From Candidatus Nomurabacteria bacterium (GTDB lineage Bacteria > Patescibacteriota > Minisyncoccia > Phycocordibacterales > UBA5272): a stretch of DNA of 64,000 nt. A program made the position numbers and the translations under genes. The stretch spans positions 11,551 to 75,550 of the forward strand of contig JBAXLU010000001.1 of the NCBI GenBank assembly GCA_037134695.1. Direction: 5' to 3'. The notes beneath the pieces were generated by a model, which saw only the letters and a program-made list of their open reading frames with translations, made no database searches and was not told where the DNA came from. How positions within the stretch are numbered: the stretch's first letter is position 1; each line of letters begins with the position of its first letter. Shown here piece by piece: positions 18,504 to 29,976 of this stretch.

Positions 18504-18779
18504 ATGAATACAACAATGTTAATAAAAACAAATAAAGAACTTAAGAATGAAGCCTCACGCATTGCGAAAGAAATGGGAGTGCCTTTAACCACCGTGGTAA
18601 ATGCTTTTCTTGCACAATTCGTACGTGATAAGAGATTAAGTATTTCTATCGAACCAATGCCAAACAAAGCAAAACTTGCGCTATGGGAATCAATTAGTAA
18701 GGAATCTGATAAGGACATGAAGAACACAAAGAGTTATACGAACGCTGACGAATTGATTGCAGATTTAAAATTGATATGA
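18504..18779 (+). CDS. DinJ/RelB-family antitoxin
   Basis: 91-aa ORF; ribbon-helix-helix-like N-terminus (KELKNEASRIAKEMGVPLTTVVNAFL); 4-nt overlap with the downstream toxin gene. Confidence 0.6.
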   Translation: MNTTMLIKTNKELKNEASRIAKEMGVPLTTVVNAFLAQFVRDKRLSISIEPMPNKAKLALWESISKESDKDMKNTKSYTNADELIADLKLI

Positions 18780-19033
18780 TCGTAATTCGCACGAAGCACT
18801 TTTCGAAGGCTGTAACAAAGTTGCCAGCTACCGTAAAACGCGCACTAGCGGAGAGACTTAAGCTTTTTATGGAGGATCCATTTAATCGACTACTTAACAA
18901 TCACGCACTCAACGGTAATATGCAGACTTATCGAAGTATTAATATTACAGGAGATTACCGCCTTATTTATGAATTGTATGACACAGACATGGCACGTTTA
19001 ATCGACATTGATACACATAGTAATTTGTATTAG
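18776..19033 (+). CDS. YafQ/RelE-family mRNA-interferase toxin
   Basis: 85-aa ORF; LNNHALNGNMQTYRSINITGDYRLIYELYDTDMARLIDIDTHSNLY resembles YafQ/RelE. Confidence 0.65.
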   Translation: MIVIRTKHFSKAVTKLPATVKRALAERLKLFMEDPFNRLLNNHALNGNMQTYRSINITGDYRLIYELYDTDMARLIDIDTHSNLY

Positions 19034-19074
19034 ATATAAAACTTTAATTAAAGTAACCGGTATACTGTTTAGAT

Positions 19075-19485
19075 ATGGAAAACATAACACAAAGCTCAGC
19101 GGAGACTAATTTAATAAAAGAAGAGTATAAGTTTCCTAAGTTTTTAAAATATTTTTATTCTATTACAACATTATCGTTATTGATTATTTCTGTATTTGGT
19201 TTCCTTTTTCCAGTTTTTATACTTCACTCCGAACTTTGTTGGATAGTTCCTTTTGAGTATCCATACATCTTGGTTTTTTCTTATTTGTTTTTGTGCTGTT
19301 CGTTTTTTATTTTATTTTATGGAATTTTTCAATCTATTAAAAATAAAAAAGCATCTATATTTTTTATTATTTTAGTTTTATTTTGTATACAGTTTATTTT
19401 AGTAACTTTTACAAATGCTTATTGCGAGAATTTAGTATGGTCTAATGCCACATATCCTCTACCACCATCTCCTGTAGCATGGTAA
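19075..19485 (+). CDS. hypothetical multi-pass membrane protein
   Basis: 136-aa ORF, three or four hydrophobic segments. Confidence 0.3.
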   Translation: MENITQSSAETNLIKEEYKFPKFLKYFYSITTLSLLIISVFGFLFPVFILHSELCWIVPFEYPYILVFSYLFLCCSFFILFYGIFQSIKNKKASIFFIILVLFCIQFILVTFTNAYCENLVWSNATYPLPPSPVAW

Positions 19486-19580
19486 TTATTTTTTTATTAA
19501 AAACACTTAAAAATCCTTATAAATTAAGGTGAAAATAGTCACTTTATTGTCGCATTTTATAGGACGGTTATGCGACGTGA

Positions 19581-21752
<2,172 letters not shown>

Positions 21753-21756
21753 AAAT

Positions 21757-21790
21757 AAAAATCACCGCATATGCGGTGATTTTTGTTTTT
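21757..21790. terminator. bidirectional terminator between gyrB and a hemerythrin gene
   Basis: perfect palindrome AAAATCACCGCAT|ATGCGGTGATTTT flanked by A/T runs; a near-copy sits at 22885-22921. Confidence 0.6.
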
Positions 21791-22214
21791 ACTTCAAGCC
21801 GTGCTCATTAAAAAATAGAGAGTACTTTTTATCCATTGAAAGAATATGTTCAAATAGCCAGTTTCCAGCAAATAAACCACTTTCTTTTAGTGTGTCTTTT
21901 AAATCATAATTTCTATTACTTACCTTAGAAATTAATTCAGCAGATTTTACTCTAAAGTGATCATGTGATTTTATATGATCTTCCATATGTGGAACATTGT
22001 ATTTTTCAAAATACTCTTCTTCTGTACCTAAATGATACTTCGCATAATCACCCAATCTATTGATGGCGAGTACCGCTTCTGCTTGTGTAAATTTTATTTT
22101 TCCTTCAGATAATTCTAATAAATTGTTACATAAATTAAAAAACTCTTTATGTTGATTGTCTATTATTTCAATTCCAACAGAGTATTCTTCTGTCCAAATA
22201 AGTTCTTCGTACAT
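21789..22214 (-). CDS. bacteriohemerythrin-like protein, paralog 1
   Basis: 141-aa ORF; WTEEYSVGIEIIDNQHKEFF plus downstream H..E, HF, H..D metal ligands; ~85% identical to 22921-23346. Confidence 0.7.
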   Translation of the reverse strand: MYEELIWTEEYSVGIEIIDNQHKEFFNLCNNLLELSEGKIKFTQAEAVLAINRLGDYAKYHLGTEEEYFEKYNVPHMEDHIKSHDHFRVKSAELISKVSNRNYDLKDTLKESGLFAGNWLFEHILSMDKKYSLFFNEHGLK

Positions 22215-22316
22215 TTTAAAAAGTATAAATTAATATGATTATCAGTATAGCACCGGGTTTAATTTATAAATAGGGCTCAGTTATTAGAGATTTGTTTAAA
22301 TATGAAAAATAAACTT

Positions 22317-22370
22317 TTTGTATTAAACTATAATCTATTAACCAGTAACTACTAACTGGTAACTATTCTC
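22317..22370 (+). promoter_or_regulatory. conserved leader motif upstream of the SLOG-like gene
   Basis: TTTGTATTAAACTATAATCTATTAACCAGTAACTACTAACTGGTAACTATTCTC directly before the ATG; same motif as the rpsB, tsf and typA leaders. Confidence 0.4.
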
Positions 22371-22880
22371 ATGAAATGGATCATTTTTACTGGGACTTGG
22401 AAAAATACAAATGAAGAAGTAGAGCATGATGTTCGCGAGTCTGTTCGTGAAGTTTTGTCACGTGGGGACGGCGTCATTACTGGAGGAGCACTTGGGGTAG
22501 ATTTATTTTGTATGGATGAAGTTTTGAAAATAAATCCAGAGTGTACACATCTGAGAGTTATCCTTCCTTCTAAATTAGATATTTATATAAAACATTTTTA
22601 TACAAGACTTGTTGACAATGTTATAACAAAAAAGCAATTTGAATTTTTGGAGACAACTCTAAAAAACATTCAAAGAGTAAATCCATCAGCAATTTTAGAA
22701 ATGCATTTTAAAACAATAGAACAGAATGAATACAATGAACGTGATGCTGAAGAAGTTAAATATGGTGATGCACTACACGCCTTCCAGGTAAATAATTCAT
22801 CCGGTACACAACATACCATAGACGCTGGGATCATAAAAGGAATACCAATTTCATTACATAAGAAATATACAATAAATTAG
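22371..22880 (+). CDS. SLOG-superfamily (DprA/LOG-like Rossmann) protein, function unknown
   Basis: 169-aa ORF; ITGGALGVDLFCMDEVL resembles the DprA G-x-A-x-G-(I/V)-D nucleotide-binding loop; no other domain. Confidence 0.4.
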   Translation: MKWIIFTGTWKNTNEEVEHDVRESVREVLSRGDGVITGGALGVDLFCMDEVLKINPECTHLRVILPSKLDIYIKHFYTRLVDNVITKKQFEFLETTLKNIQRVNPSAILEMHFKTIEQNEYNERDAEEVKYGDALHAFQVNNSSGTQHTIDAGIIKGIPISLHKKYTIN

Positions 22881-22884
22881 AAAA

Positions 22885-22921
22885 AATAAAAATCACCGCA
22901 TATACGGTGATTTTTATTTTT
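22885..22921. terminator. bidirectional terminator (near-copy of 21757-21790)
   Basis: AAAAATCACCG-CATATA-CGGTGATTTTTATTTTTT. Confidence 0.5.
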
Positions 22922-23346
22922 TACTTCAAACCTTGTTCATTAAAAAACGGAGAGTATTTTTTATCCATAGACATAATATGTTCAAATAGCCAGTTTCCAG
23001 CAAATAAACCACTTTCCTTGAGTGTATCTTTTAAATCGTAATCTTTATTACTTACTTTAGCAATTAATTCAGAAGATTTTATTTTAAAATGATTATGTGC
23101 TTTTATATGATCTTCCATATTTTGTACATTATATTTTTCAAAATATTCCTCTTCTGTTCCTAAATGATATTTTGCGTAATCACCTAATCTGTTAATAGCA
23201 AGGACAGCTTCTGCTTGTGTAAATTTTGTTTTTCCTTCAGCTAATTCTAATAAATTGTTACATAAATTAAAAAACTCTTTATGTTGATTATCTATTATTT
23301 CAATACCAACAGAATATTCTTCTGTCCAAATAAGTTCATCGTACAT
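22921..23346 (-). CDS. bacteriohemerythrin-like protein, paralog 2
   Basis: 141-aa ORF, same motifs as paralog 1; part of a ~520-bp direct duplication. Confidence 0.7.
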   Translation of the reverse strand: MYDELIWTEEYSVGIEIIDNQHKEFFNLCNNLLELAEGKTKFTQAEAVLAINRLGDYAKYHLGTEEEYFEKYNVQNMEDHIKAHNHFKIKSSELIAKVSNKDYDLKDTLKESGLFAGNWLFEHIMSMDKKYSPFFNEQGLK

Positions 23347-23497
23347 TTTTAAAAAGTATAAATTAATATGATAAATAGTATAGCATTGGTATTTGCTTAA
23401 AAATAATTTAGTGTATGTTATATGTAGTAATTAAAGTTAATTTGACTTTATTTTAAATTATTGTTAGATTAGAGTCCTTGTTTTAAGGAGATATAAG

Positions 23498-23620
23498 ATG
23501 CCACAAAATCAAACATCGGCAGCTGTAACGATTCCGGTTTATACACAACCACAGCAGCAGCCAGACCGTTACAGTCAGGAGCAACAACAGCAACAGCAAC
23601 AGCAACAACAGCAGATGTGA
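23498..23620 (+). CDS. possible 40-aa Gln-rich small protein
   Basis: strong SD (TAAGGAG, 7-nt spacer) before ATG; MPQNQTSAAVTIPVYTQPQQQPDRYSQEQQQQQQQQQQQM; followed by hairpin AACCCGCGACA-GTTAA-TGTCGCGGGTT + T-run (23653-23696); not in the ORF track (<60 aa). Confidence 0.3.
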   Translation: MPQNQTSAAVTIPVYTQPQQQPDRYSQEQQQQQQQQQQQM

Positions 23621-23708
23621 TCGCCTTCGGTCAATTGCATCGCAACCACAGGAACCCGCGACAGTTAATGTCGCGGGTTAATTATTTCTTGTTTTCCATA
23701 AGAAAGAG

Positions 23709-25469
23709 TTATTTTTTACCCTTAATTTCCTCTGATAATTTTATAATTAAATCCTCAATTTTCATTTCTCCAATTTTACCATCCACTCTGTGTTCAAGTG
23801 TGACTGTACCATTTGTAATTTCGGCATCTCCAATAACTGCCCAATATGGAGTCTTCATTTCACGAGTATTACGAATCTTCTTTCCAAGTCCTTCACGAGA
23901 ATTATCAATTTTTACACGAATGTCAGAATTTTGTAATTTTTCAAAAACAGTATTTGCATATTCAGCGTGTTTATCAGCAATCGGAAGAATTGTAATTTGA
24001 TTTGGTGAAAGCCAAAGAGGGAAGTTGCCTGCGAAGTGTTCTATCATTACACCCATAAATCTTTCTATTGATCCAGAAATGGCTCGGTGTATAACAACTG
24101 GTCTTTCTTTCTTACCTTCAGCATTTATGAAATTCAAATCAAATCTTTCTGGTAAATTGAAATCACATTGAATTGTAGCTAGTTGCCACTCACGACCAAT
24201 TGCATCTTTAAACATAAAGTCTAACTTTGGTCCATAAAAAGCAGCTTCACCTTCGACTCTTCTATAATTTAGTCCATTAGCTTTTGCTGCTTCTTCAAGT
24301 GAACTTTCAGCCAAATCCCAAACCTCATCTGTTCCAAGATATTTACTTTTATCAGTCCCCCGAACTGACCATGATACCCAATAGCCGTCCATCATTCCCA
24401 TCGTTGTATAAAATTCTTTTATAATACCAACAATAGTTGAAACTTCTTGTTTAACTTGGTCTTGTGTACAGAAAAGGTGACCATCGTCTTGTGTAATAGC
24501 ACGCACACGAAGTAATCCACCTAATTGGCCAGACTTTTCATCTCTATAAACTGTAGCTGGCTCGAAATATCGTACAGGCATATCACGATAAGAGAATTGA
24601 TTATCTGCAAAGATTTGCATATGATGTGGGCAATTCATTGGCTTCATAATAAATTTATCTTCTTTTCCTTGTACACGGAAAAGTTCATCACCAAATTTTG
24701 CCGCATGACCAGAGGTTACATATAGAGCTTCTTTTGCAATATGTGGAGTCCAAACACGTGAATAACCTTTCTTAGAATGTAGTGACCATAAATAATCTTC
24801 AATTTCTTTTCTAATTATCATTCCGTTTGGTTGCATGAGTGGAAGACCTGCACCAATAAGAGGGGACACAGTGAAAAGTTTTAATTGAGCACCGATAATT
24901 CTGTGATCTCTTTTCTTAGCTTCCTCTTGTTGTAAAATATAGGCATCCAATTCTTCTTTTGTTTCAAAAGCTAGACCATATATACGTGTGAGCATTGGCT
25001 TTGTTTCATCTCCTCGCCAATAAGCACCAGCCAAATGACTAAGTATAAAACAATTAGTAGGAATTTCTTTCGTATTTTCTACATGTGGACCTTCACATAA
25101 ATCATAAAAATCCTCTCCCGTATGATAAAGAGTCACGTCCTGGCCTTCTTTTTCAATACCATCGATTAATTCTAATTTGAATGGATTAACTGCAAAAAGT
25201 GTACGAGCTTGGTCTGTAGAAACAGTTTCAACTTTGAAGTCTAAATTACGTTTTAGAATTTCACGCATTGTATCTTCTACTTTTTTTAAATCATCTACCC
25301 CAATTTTTACCCCTGGAGCAAAGTCGAGGTCATAGTAAAAACCAGTATCAGTTACAGGACCAATTGTAGGTAAAGCATGAGGAAAATTATGTTTAATGGC
25401 CATTAAAAGCACATGGGCAAGTGAATGGCGAACTTTAAATAATTGGTTTGGAGCTTCTTTTTGTGACAT
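23709..25469 (-). CDS. thrS: threonine--tRNA ligase (lacking N-terminal TGS domain)
   Basis: 586-aa ORF; editing-domain HSLAHVL motif, class II catalytic core, C-terminal anticodon-binding domain. Confidence 0.85.
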   Translation of the reverse strand: MSQKEAPNQLFKVRHSLAHVLLMAIKHNFPHALPTIGPVTDTGFYYDLDFAPGVKIGVDDLKKVEDTMREILKRNLDFKVETVSTDQARTLFAVNPFKLELIDGIEKEGQDVTLYHTGEDFYDLCEGPHVENTKEIPTNCFILSHLAGAYWRGDETKPMLTRIYGLAFETKEELDAYILQQEEAKKRDHRIIGAQLKLFTVSPLIGAGLPLMQPNGMIIRKEIEDYLWSLHSKKGYSRVWTPHIAKEALYVTSGHAAKFGDELFRVQGKEDKFIMKPMNCPHHMQIFADNQFSYRDMPVRYFEPATVYRDEKSGQLGGLLRVRAITQDDGHLFCTQDQVKQEVSTIVGIIKEFYTTMGMMDGYWVSWSVRGTDKSKYLGTDEVWDLAESSLEEAAKANGLNYRRVEGEAAFYGPKLDFMFKDAIGREWQLATIQCDFNLPERFDLNFINAEGKKERPVVIHRAISGSIERFMGVMIEHFAGNFPLWLSPNQITILPIADKHAEYANTVFEKLQNSDIRVKIDNSREGLGKKIRNTREMKTPYWAVIGDAEITNGTVTLEHRVDGKIGEMKIEDLIIKLSEEIKGKK

Positions 25470-25748
25470 ATGTCTATTTATAGTATCAGAAAAATGAAAG
25501 AGTCGAAAGTTTTAATTAGTTAAAAGTCCATAAAGTAGAAAGTTTATAAAGTTGATACGGGTCCGTATTTCCTTTTAGCTTTAAAGACTTTATAGACTTT
25601 TTACTGGATGTGTACTCACGTCCGTCCTTGACTTAACCCCCAGGTTTTGTACTATAAAGTAACTTGCAGGGCTTGGTATAATAAGAACACGAAATTAAAA
25701 ATAAGCAAGTATGCTTTCGGATTTATTATTGCAAGCGCCTAATACATT

Positions 25749-26678
25749 ATGTCTCCTGCTTATACACAACAATCCTCAAATATAAGAACCACATGGATTA
25801 TGATGACAGTTTTTTTCTTACTAGTTATTGTTTTTGGTTTTGTCTTGTCATTAATGTATGGTAATCCTTCTATTCTATATTATGCTGTTTTCTTTAGTCT
25901 AATAATGAATGTCGGTTCTTATTGGTTTTCGGATAAATTAGTTTTGTCTATGGCGGGAGCTACAAAAATAGAATCTAAAGATCAATATCCTGAGCTTTGG
26001 AATAGTATAGAAAATCTTTGTATTACAGCAGGGCTCCCAATGCCAGTGCTATATATTATTGATGATCCAGCACCGAATGCTTTTGCCACAGGAAGAAACA
26101 AGGAACATTCTGTGATTGCTGTTACAACTGGAATATTGCCACTACTTACAAAATCAGAGCTTGAAGGGGTGCTTGCTCACGAACTTTCACATATTGGAAA
26201 CAGGGACATGTTAGTTAGTACTGTTGTTGTAGTATTTGCAGGTGTTATATCTTTGGTTGCAGATATGGCATTAAGGGCTTCATTCTTTGGTTCCGGAAGT
26301 GATGAGAAGAAAAATCCTATTTTTTTCATTTTAGGAATCGTTGCAATTATTTTAGCTCCTATCGCTGCAACTATTATTCGTTTAGCTATTTCTCGAGAAA
26401 GAGAATTTTTAGCTGACAGTACTTCCGTTTCTATTACTCACTATCCCGAAGGGCTATCTCTAGCTCTTCAGAAAATTAGTAATTTTCATCAACCAATGAA
26501 GATACAACGTGCAGCTATTGCTCATCTTTTTATCTCTGATCCAACAGGAGTAAATGATGAATCTGAACTTCGTAATGATGAAAAAATTTCTTTTGTGGCT
26601 AAACTTTTTATGACACACCCGCCAATCTCTGAGAGAATTAGTCGTTTAACAAAAACAACAACAAACACATTAGAATAG
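25749..26678 (+). CDS. htpX: M48-family zinc metalloprotease HtpX
   Basis: 309-aa ORF, TM helices, HELSHIGNRD (HExxH) and downstream E ligand. Confidence 0.8.
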   Translation: MSPAYTQQSSNIRTTWIMMTVFFLLVIVFGFVLSLMYGNPSILYYAVFFSLIMNVGSYWFSDKLVLSMAGATKIESKDQYPELWNSIENLCITAGLPMPVLYIIDDPAPNAFATGRNKEHSVIAVTTGILPLLTKSELEGVLAHELSHIGNRDMLVSTVVVVFAGVISLVADMALRASFFGSGSDEKKNPIFFILGIVAIILAPIAATIIRLAISREREFLADSTSVSITHYPEGLSLALQKISNFHQPMKIQRAAIAHLFISDPTGVNDESELRNDEKISFVAKLFMTHPPISERISRLTKTTTNTLE

Positions 26679-26697
26679 CTGTATAGCAACTATATCT

Positions 26698-27282
26698 TTG
26701 TTTTGTTATAATTTAATATATATGAAAAATAAAATAATTATAGGTGTTGTAGTGGTTGCTATTCTTTTTGGTTTTTGGATAATGTCTTCATATAATAGTA
26801 TGGTAAAGGCTAATCTTGCAGTTGATACACAATGGGCCCAAGTTGAAACTCAATATCAAAGACGTTTTGATCTTATTCCAAATTTAGTTGAATCAGTTAA
26901 GGGTATGATGACTCAAGAGAAGGATATTTTTATATCTATTGCAAAGGCGCGCCAAGGATATGCGGGGGCAAAGACAGTTGATGAAAAAGCAGCGGCTGCA
27001 GGTCAACTAGAAAGCTCACTTGGAAGACTTCTTATGATTGTAGAGAGTTATCCACAACTCGCGTCCGGTGAGACTGTAAAAAATCTTATGACTCAACTTG
27101 AGGGTACAGAGAATCGTGTTTCTGTAGAGAGAACACGCTTCAATGACACTGTTGGATTATTCAATACTCATCTTGTTACTTTCCCGTCTAATCTCGTTGC
27201 TTCAATGTTTGGTTTTCAGAAGCGTGCCTTCTTTAAGGCTGATGAAGCAGCTGCAAAAGCACCAGCAGTTAAGTTAAATTAG
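26698..27282 (+). CDS. lemA: LemA-family protein
   Basis: 194-aa ORF; N-terminal TM then YNSMVKANLAVDTQWAQVETQYQRRFDLIPNLVESVKG, typical LemA. Confidence 0.8.
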   Translation: MFCYNLIYMKNKIIIGVVVVAILFGFWIMSSYNSMVKANLAVDTQWAQVETQYQRRFDLIPNLVESVKGMMTQEKDIFISIAKARQGYAGAKTVDEKAAAAGQLESSLGRLLMIVESYPQLASGETVKNLMTQLEGTENRVSVERTRFNDTVGLFNTHLVTFPSNLVASMFGFQKRAFFKADEAAAKAPAVKLN

Positions 27283-27287
27283 TAAAT

Positions 27288-28175
27288 ATGAAAAAGATAG
27301 CTGTTACGTTCGCTGTATTATTTTCCACAGCTTTATTTTCTTATGCTTTTACTATTCCTGATAAACCTGTCGGGTATGTAAATGATTATGCAAATATTCT
27401 ATCTGTTGATGCGAAACAAAATTTAGAAAATGAATTAAAAAATTTTACAGCAAGTAGTAGTAATGAAATAGCAGTTGTAACTATTCCTGATTTAGGAGGA
27501 GATGCTGTAGAAAATTATGCATCAAAACTTTTTTCAAGTTGGAAAATAGGAGATGCAAAAAATGATAATGGTATCTTACTTTTAATTTCTCGTGATGACC
27601 ATAAGCTTCGTATAGAAGTTGGTTACGGTTTAGAGGGTGCACTTCCTGATATTACAGCAAAAGATATTATTGATAATAAGATTACTCCATCATTTAAACA
27701 GGGGAATTATGACGAGGGTATTATACAAGGTGTAAAGGCTATAGAGGAGGTAACAAGAGGTGAATATAAGGCAACAGGTAAAAAATCTAGTTCTTCAATA
27801 AATGGAAATATGATTGAGTTTATTATTGTCTTTATTATTATTGGTTTACAATTTCTTGCTTCAATTCTTGGTAGAAGTAAATCGTGGTGGGCAGGAGGTC
27901 TTATTGGTGGAATAGGCGGAGTAGCTATAACATTTTTTGGTATTTTGGGAATTACTTTAATCTGGGGTTCCATTCTGACTGTTATATTTATCTTATTTGG
28001 TCTTTTATTTGATTATTTTGTTTCTAATGCTTATAAAAATGCAGTAAGTGGTGGATCATCAATTCCTTGGTGGATTGGAGGAAACAGAGGAGGTGGCTCA
28101 TTTGGTGGAGGCTCATCATTTGGTGGGTTTAGTGGTGGTTCTTCAGGCGGGGGAGGAGCATCCGGTAGTTGGTAA
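27288..28175 (+). CDS. TPM-domain protein (YgcG-like) with C-terminal TM and Gly-rich tail
   Basis: 295-aa ORF; signal peptide; AVVTIPDLGGDAVENYASKLFSSWKIGD...ILLLISRDDHKLRIEVGYGLEG matches the TPM fold; lemA-TPM pairing is common. Confidence 0.75.
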   Translation: MKKIAVTFAVLFSTALFSYAFTIPDKPVGYVNDYANILSVDAKQNLENELKNFTASSSNEIAVVTIPDLGGDAVENYASKLFSSWKIGDAKNDNGILLLISRDDHKLRIEVGYGLEGALPDITAKDIIDNKITPSFKQGNYDEGIIQGVKAIEEVTRGEYKATGKKSSSSINGNMIEFIIVFIIIGLQFLASILGRSKSWWAGGLIGGIGGVAITFFGILGITLIWGSILTVIFILFGLLFDYFVSNAYKNAVSGGSSIPWWIGGNRGGGSFGGGSSFGGFSGGSSGGGGASGSW

Positions 28176-28410
28176 AAATGCTAGAAAAAATGTGTGTGGT
28201 ACAATATAGCGCGAGCCTACCGGCTCGCGCTTGGTTTATGTTAAATATTGGAGAGCTGGCAGAGCGGTCTAATGCATTACATTGCTCCCGATTTCTTAGA
28301 TTGCTCCCGACTTTTTAATTTGTAACCAAATTGTTAAAGTCGCAGTCCTGGTGAGGGTACTCAGTCTGTTGAAATCGCAGTCCAGAACAAAACAGGTTTT
28401 GTATTTATAT

Positions 28411-28503
28411 GGCGGAGGCGTCGGATAGTGGTTTATTCCACCACCTTGGAAAGGTGGCAACCGGGTAACTGGTTCGAGAGTTCAAATCTCTCCGCCTCCG
28501 CCA
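28411..28503 (+). tRNA. tRNA-Ser (anticodon GGA), type II with long variable arm
   Basis: acceptor GGCGGAG/CTCCGCC, anticodon arm CCACC-TTGGAAA-GGTGG, variable hairpin ACCGG-GTAA-CTGGT, T-arm GAGAG-TTCAAAT-CTCTC; a 2-3 nt irregularity between T-stem and acceptor, so exact ends uncertain. Confidence 0.6.
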
Positions 28504-28700
28504 TGTAAATAGTTAGTTGTTTTGTTTCGGCGATTAGTAAATCGAACCGAGAGGAAGAAAGGTGGTAAGGTGAAAGCCTTCACGGGTTCGAATTCCATAC
28601 CATCTACTTTACGCGGGAGAAAATTGTTGTATCGTATGTAAGCTATAGGAAGGTAACTTTTATCTGTATTTATTTGCTTCTTTGCCTCTAATAGCATAGT

Positions 28701-29423
28701 ATGAGGTATATGAAAAATTTTCAATCCAGAGATAATAAAAGTGGTGGTTACCGTGGAGAAAGAAGCGGAGGCAGAGATGAAGGTAGAAGTCGACCATCAT
28801 ATGGTGATAAAAGAGGGGGAGATAGAGGTGGTGACAGAGAAGCTACAATGTTTCAAGCTACTTGTAGTGAATGTAAAAAGAATTGTGATGTGCCTTTCCG
28901 TCCAGCAAGTGATAAGCCGGTATATTGTAGTTCTTGTTTCAGCGCTAAAAGAGAGCGTGAAGATAAGGAATATAAATCTGGATCTTTTAATCGTGAACCA
29001 AAAAGATTTTCAAATGATAGACCAACACCTACGACTTCATTTGTTCGTCCAGAAGTTAAATCAATTGGAGCTGATGACTCTACAAAGAAGCAATTAGCAG
29101 ATATTAGTTTCAAATTAGATAAACTTATAAATGTTATTGAAAAAATGACAGCAGTAAAGAATGAAACCCCAGTTCATGTTGTTGTTCCAGCTAAGGCACA
29201 GGTTAAAGTTGCACCAGTAGTAATTGCAAAAGCAAAAGTTGTTGCTCAACCACACGTTGTGAGCACTCTTCGCGGGGCAAAGAAAGTAGTATCTAAGGTT
29301 GTAGAGGTGAAGAAATCTGCACCTAAAGTTGCGGAAGTAAAGAAGGTTGTCGCAAAAAAGGTTGTGGCAAAGGCTGTGGTAAAGACAGTAGCTAAGAAAG
29401 TTGCTGTAAAGAAAACAAAGTAG
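28701..29423 (+). CDS. zinc-ribbon protein with Lys/Ala-rich histone-H1-like C-terminal tail
   Basis: 240-aa ORF; Arg/Gly-rich N-terminus, CSECKKNC...CSSC four-Cys ribbon, C-terminus AKAKVVAQ...VAKKVVAKAVVKTVAKKVAVKKTK. Confidence 0.5.
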   Translation: MRYMKNFQSRDNKSGGYRGERSGGRDEGRSRPSYGDKRGGDRGGDREATMFQATCSECKKNCDVPFRPASDKPVYCSSCFSAKREREDKEYKSGSFNREPKRFSNDRPTPTTSFVRPEVKSIGADDSTKKQLADISFKLDKLINVIEKMTAVKNETPVHVVVPAKAQVKVAPVVIAKAKVVAQPHVVSTLRGAKKVVSKVVEVKKSAPKVAEVKKVVAKKVVAKAVVKTVAKKVAVKKTK

Positions 29424-29505
29424 TCTTTAAAGTATATATTTATACAGAAAAATCCCAAGGTTAATCCTTGGGATTTTTCTATGTTAAATATGTTAATATT
29501 AAAAA

Positions 29506-29976
29506 ATGAAAATTGTAGTAATAGATAATCTTCGCTCGGTATATAATGTTGGGTCTATTTTTCGCACTGCAAATGCAGTAGGAATTGATAAGATTATACT
29601 TTGTGGCACAACACCAACACCGCTTGATAAATGGGGTGATAAAAGAAGCGACTTTGCAAAAGTGGCACTTGGTGCAGAAGATGTAGTGGCTTGGGAATAT
29701 GAATCTTCAATTACTGAAGCACTAAAAAAACTTAAAGAAGAAGGTTGTTACATAATTGCTATTGAGCAAGATGAAAAATCAGTGGATTATAAAACTATAG
29801 AACTAGGAAAGCAAAACAGTGTAGCTTTTGTTATTGGTTCAGAAGTTGACGGAATGTCAAAGGAAAATCTAGAAATTTGTGATGTCATAGCAGAAATCCC
29901 TATGCTTGGCACAAAAGAATCTTTGAATGTAACTATAGCATTTGGAATTGCAGTTTATCGTATACTAGGAGTATGA
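29506..29976 (+). CDS. SPOUT-superfamily RNA methyltransferase (TrmH/SpoU-like)
   Basis: 156-aa ORF; RSVYNVGSIFRTANAVGIDKIILCG and C-terminal LNVTIAFGIAVYRIL knot motifs. Confidence 0.7.
   Translation: MKIVVIDNLRSVYNVGSIFRTANAVGIDKIILCGTTPTPLDKWGDKRSDFAKVALGAEDVVAWEYESSITEALKKLKEEGCYIIAIEQDEKSVDYKTIELGKQNSVAFVIGSEVDGMSKENLEICDVIAEIPMLGTKESLNVTIAFGIAVYRILGV

Noticed and set aside
28530-28615. tRNA 3' half or tmRNA 3' end suggested by GGGTTCGAATTCC
   Set aside because: No 5-bp T-stem flanks the TTCGAAT loop. No acceptor strand or CCA follows. More likely a 5'-UTR structure of the downstream gene.
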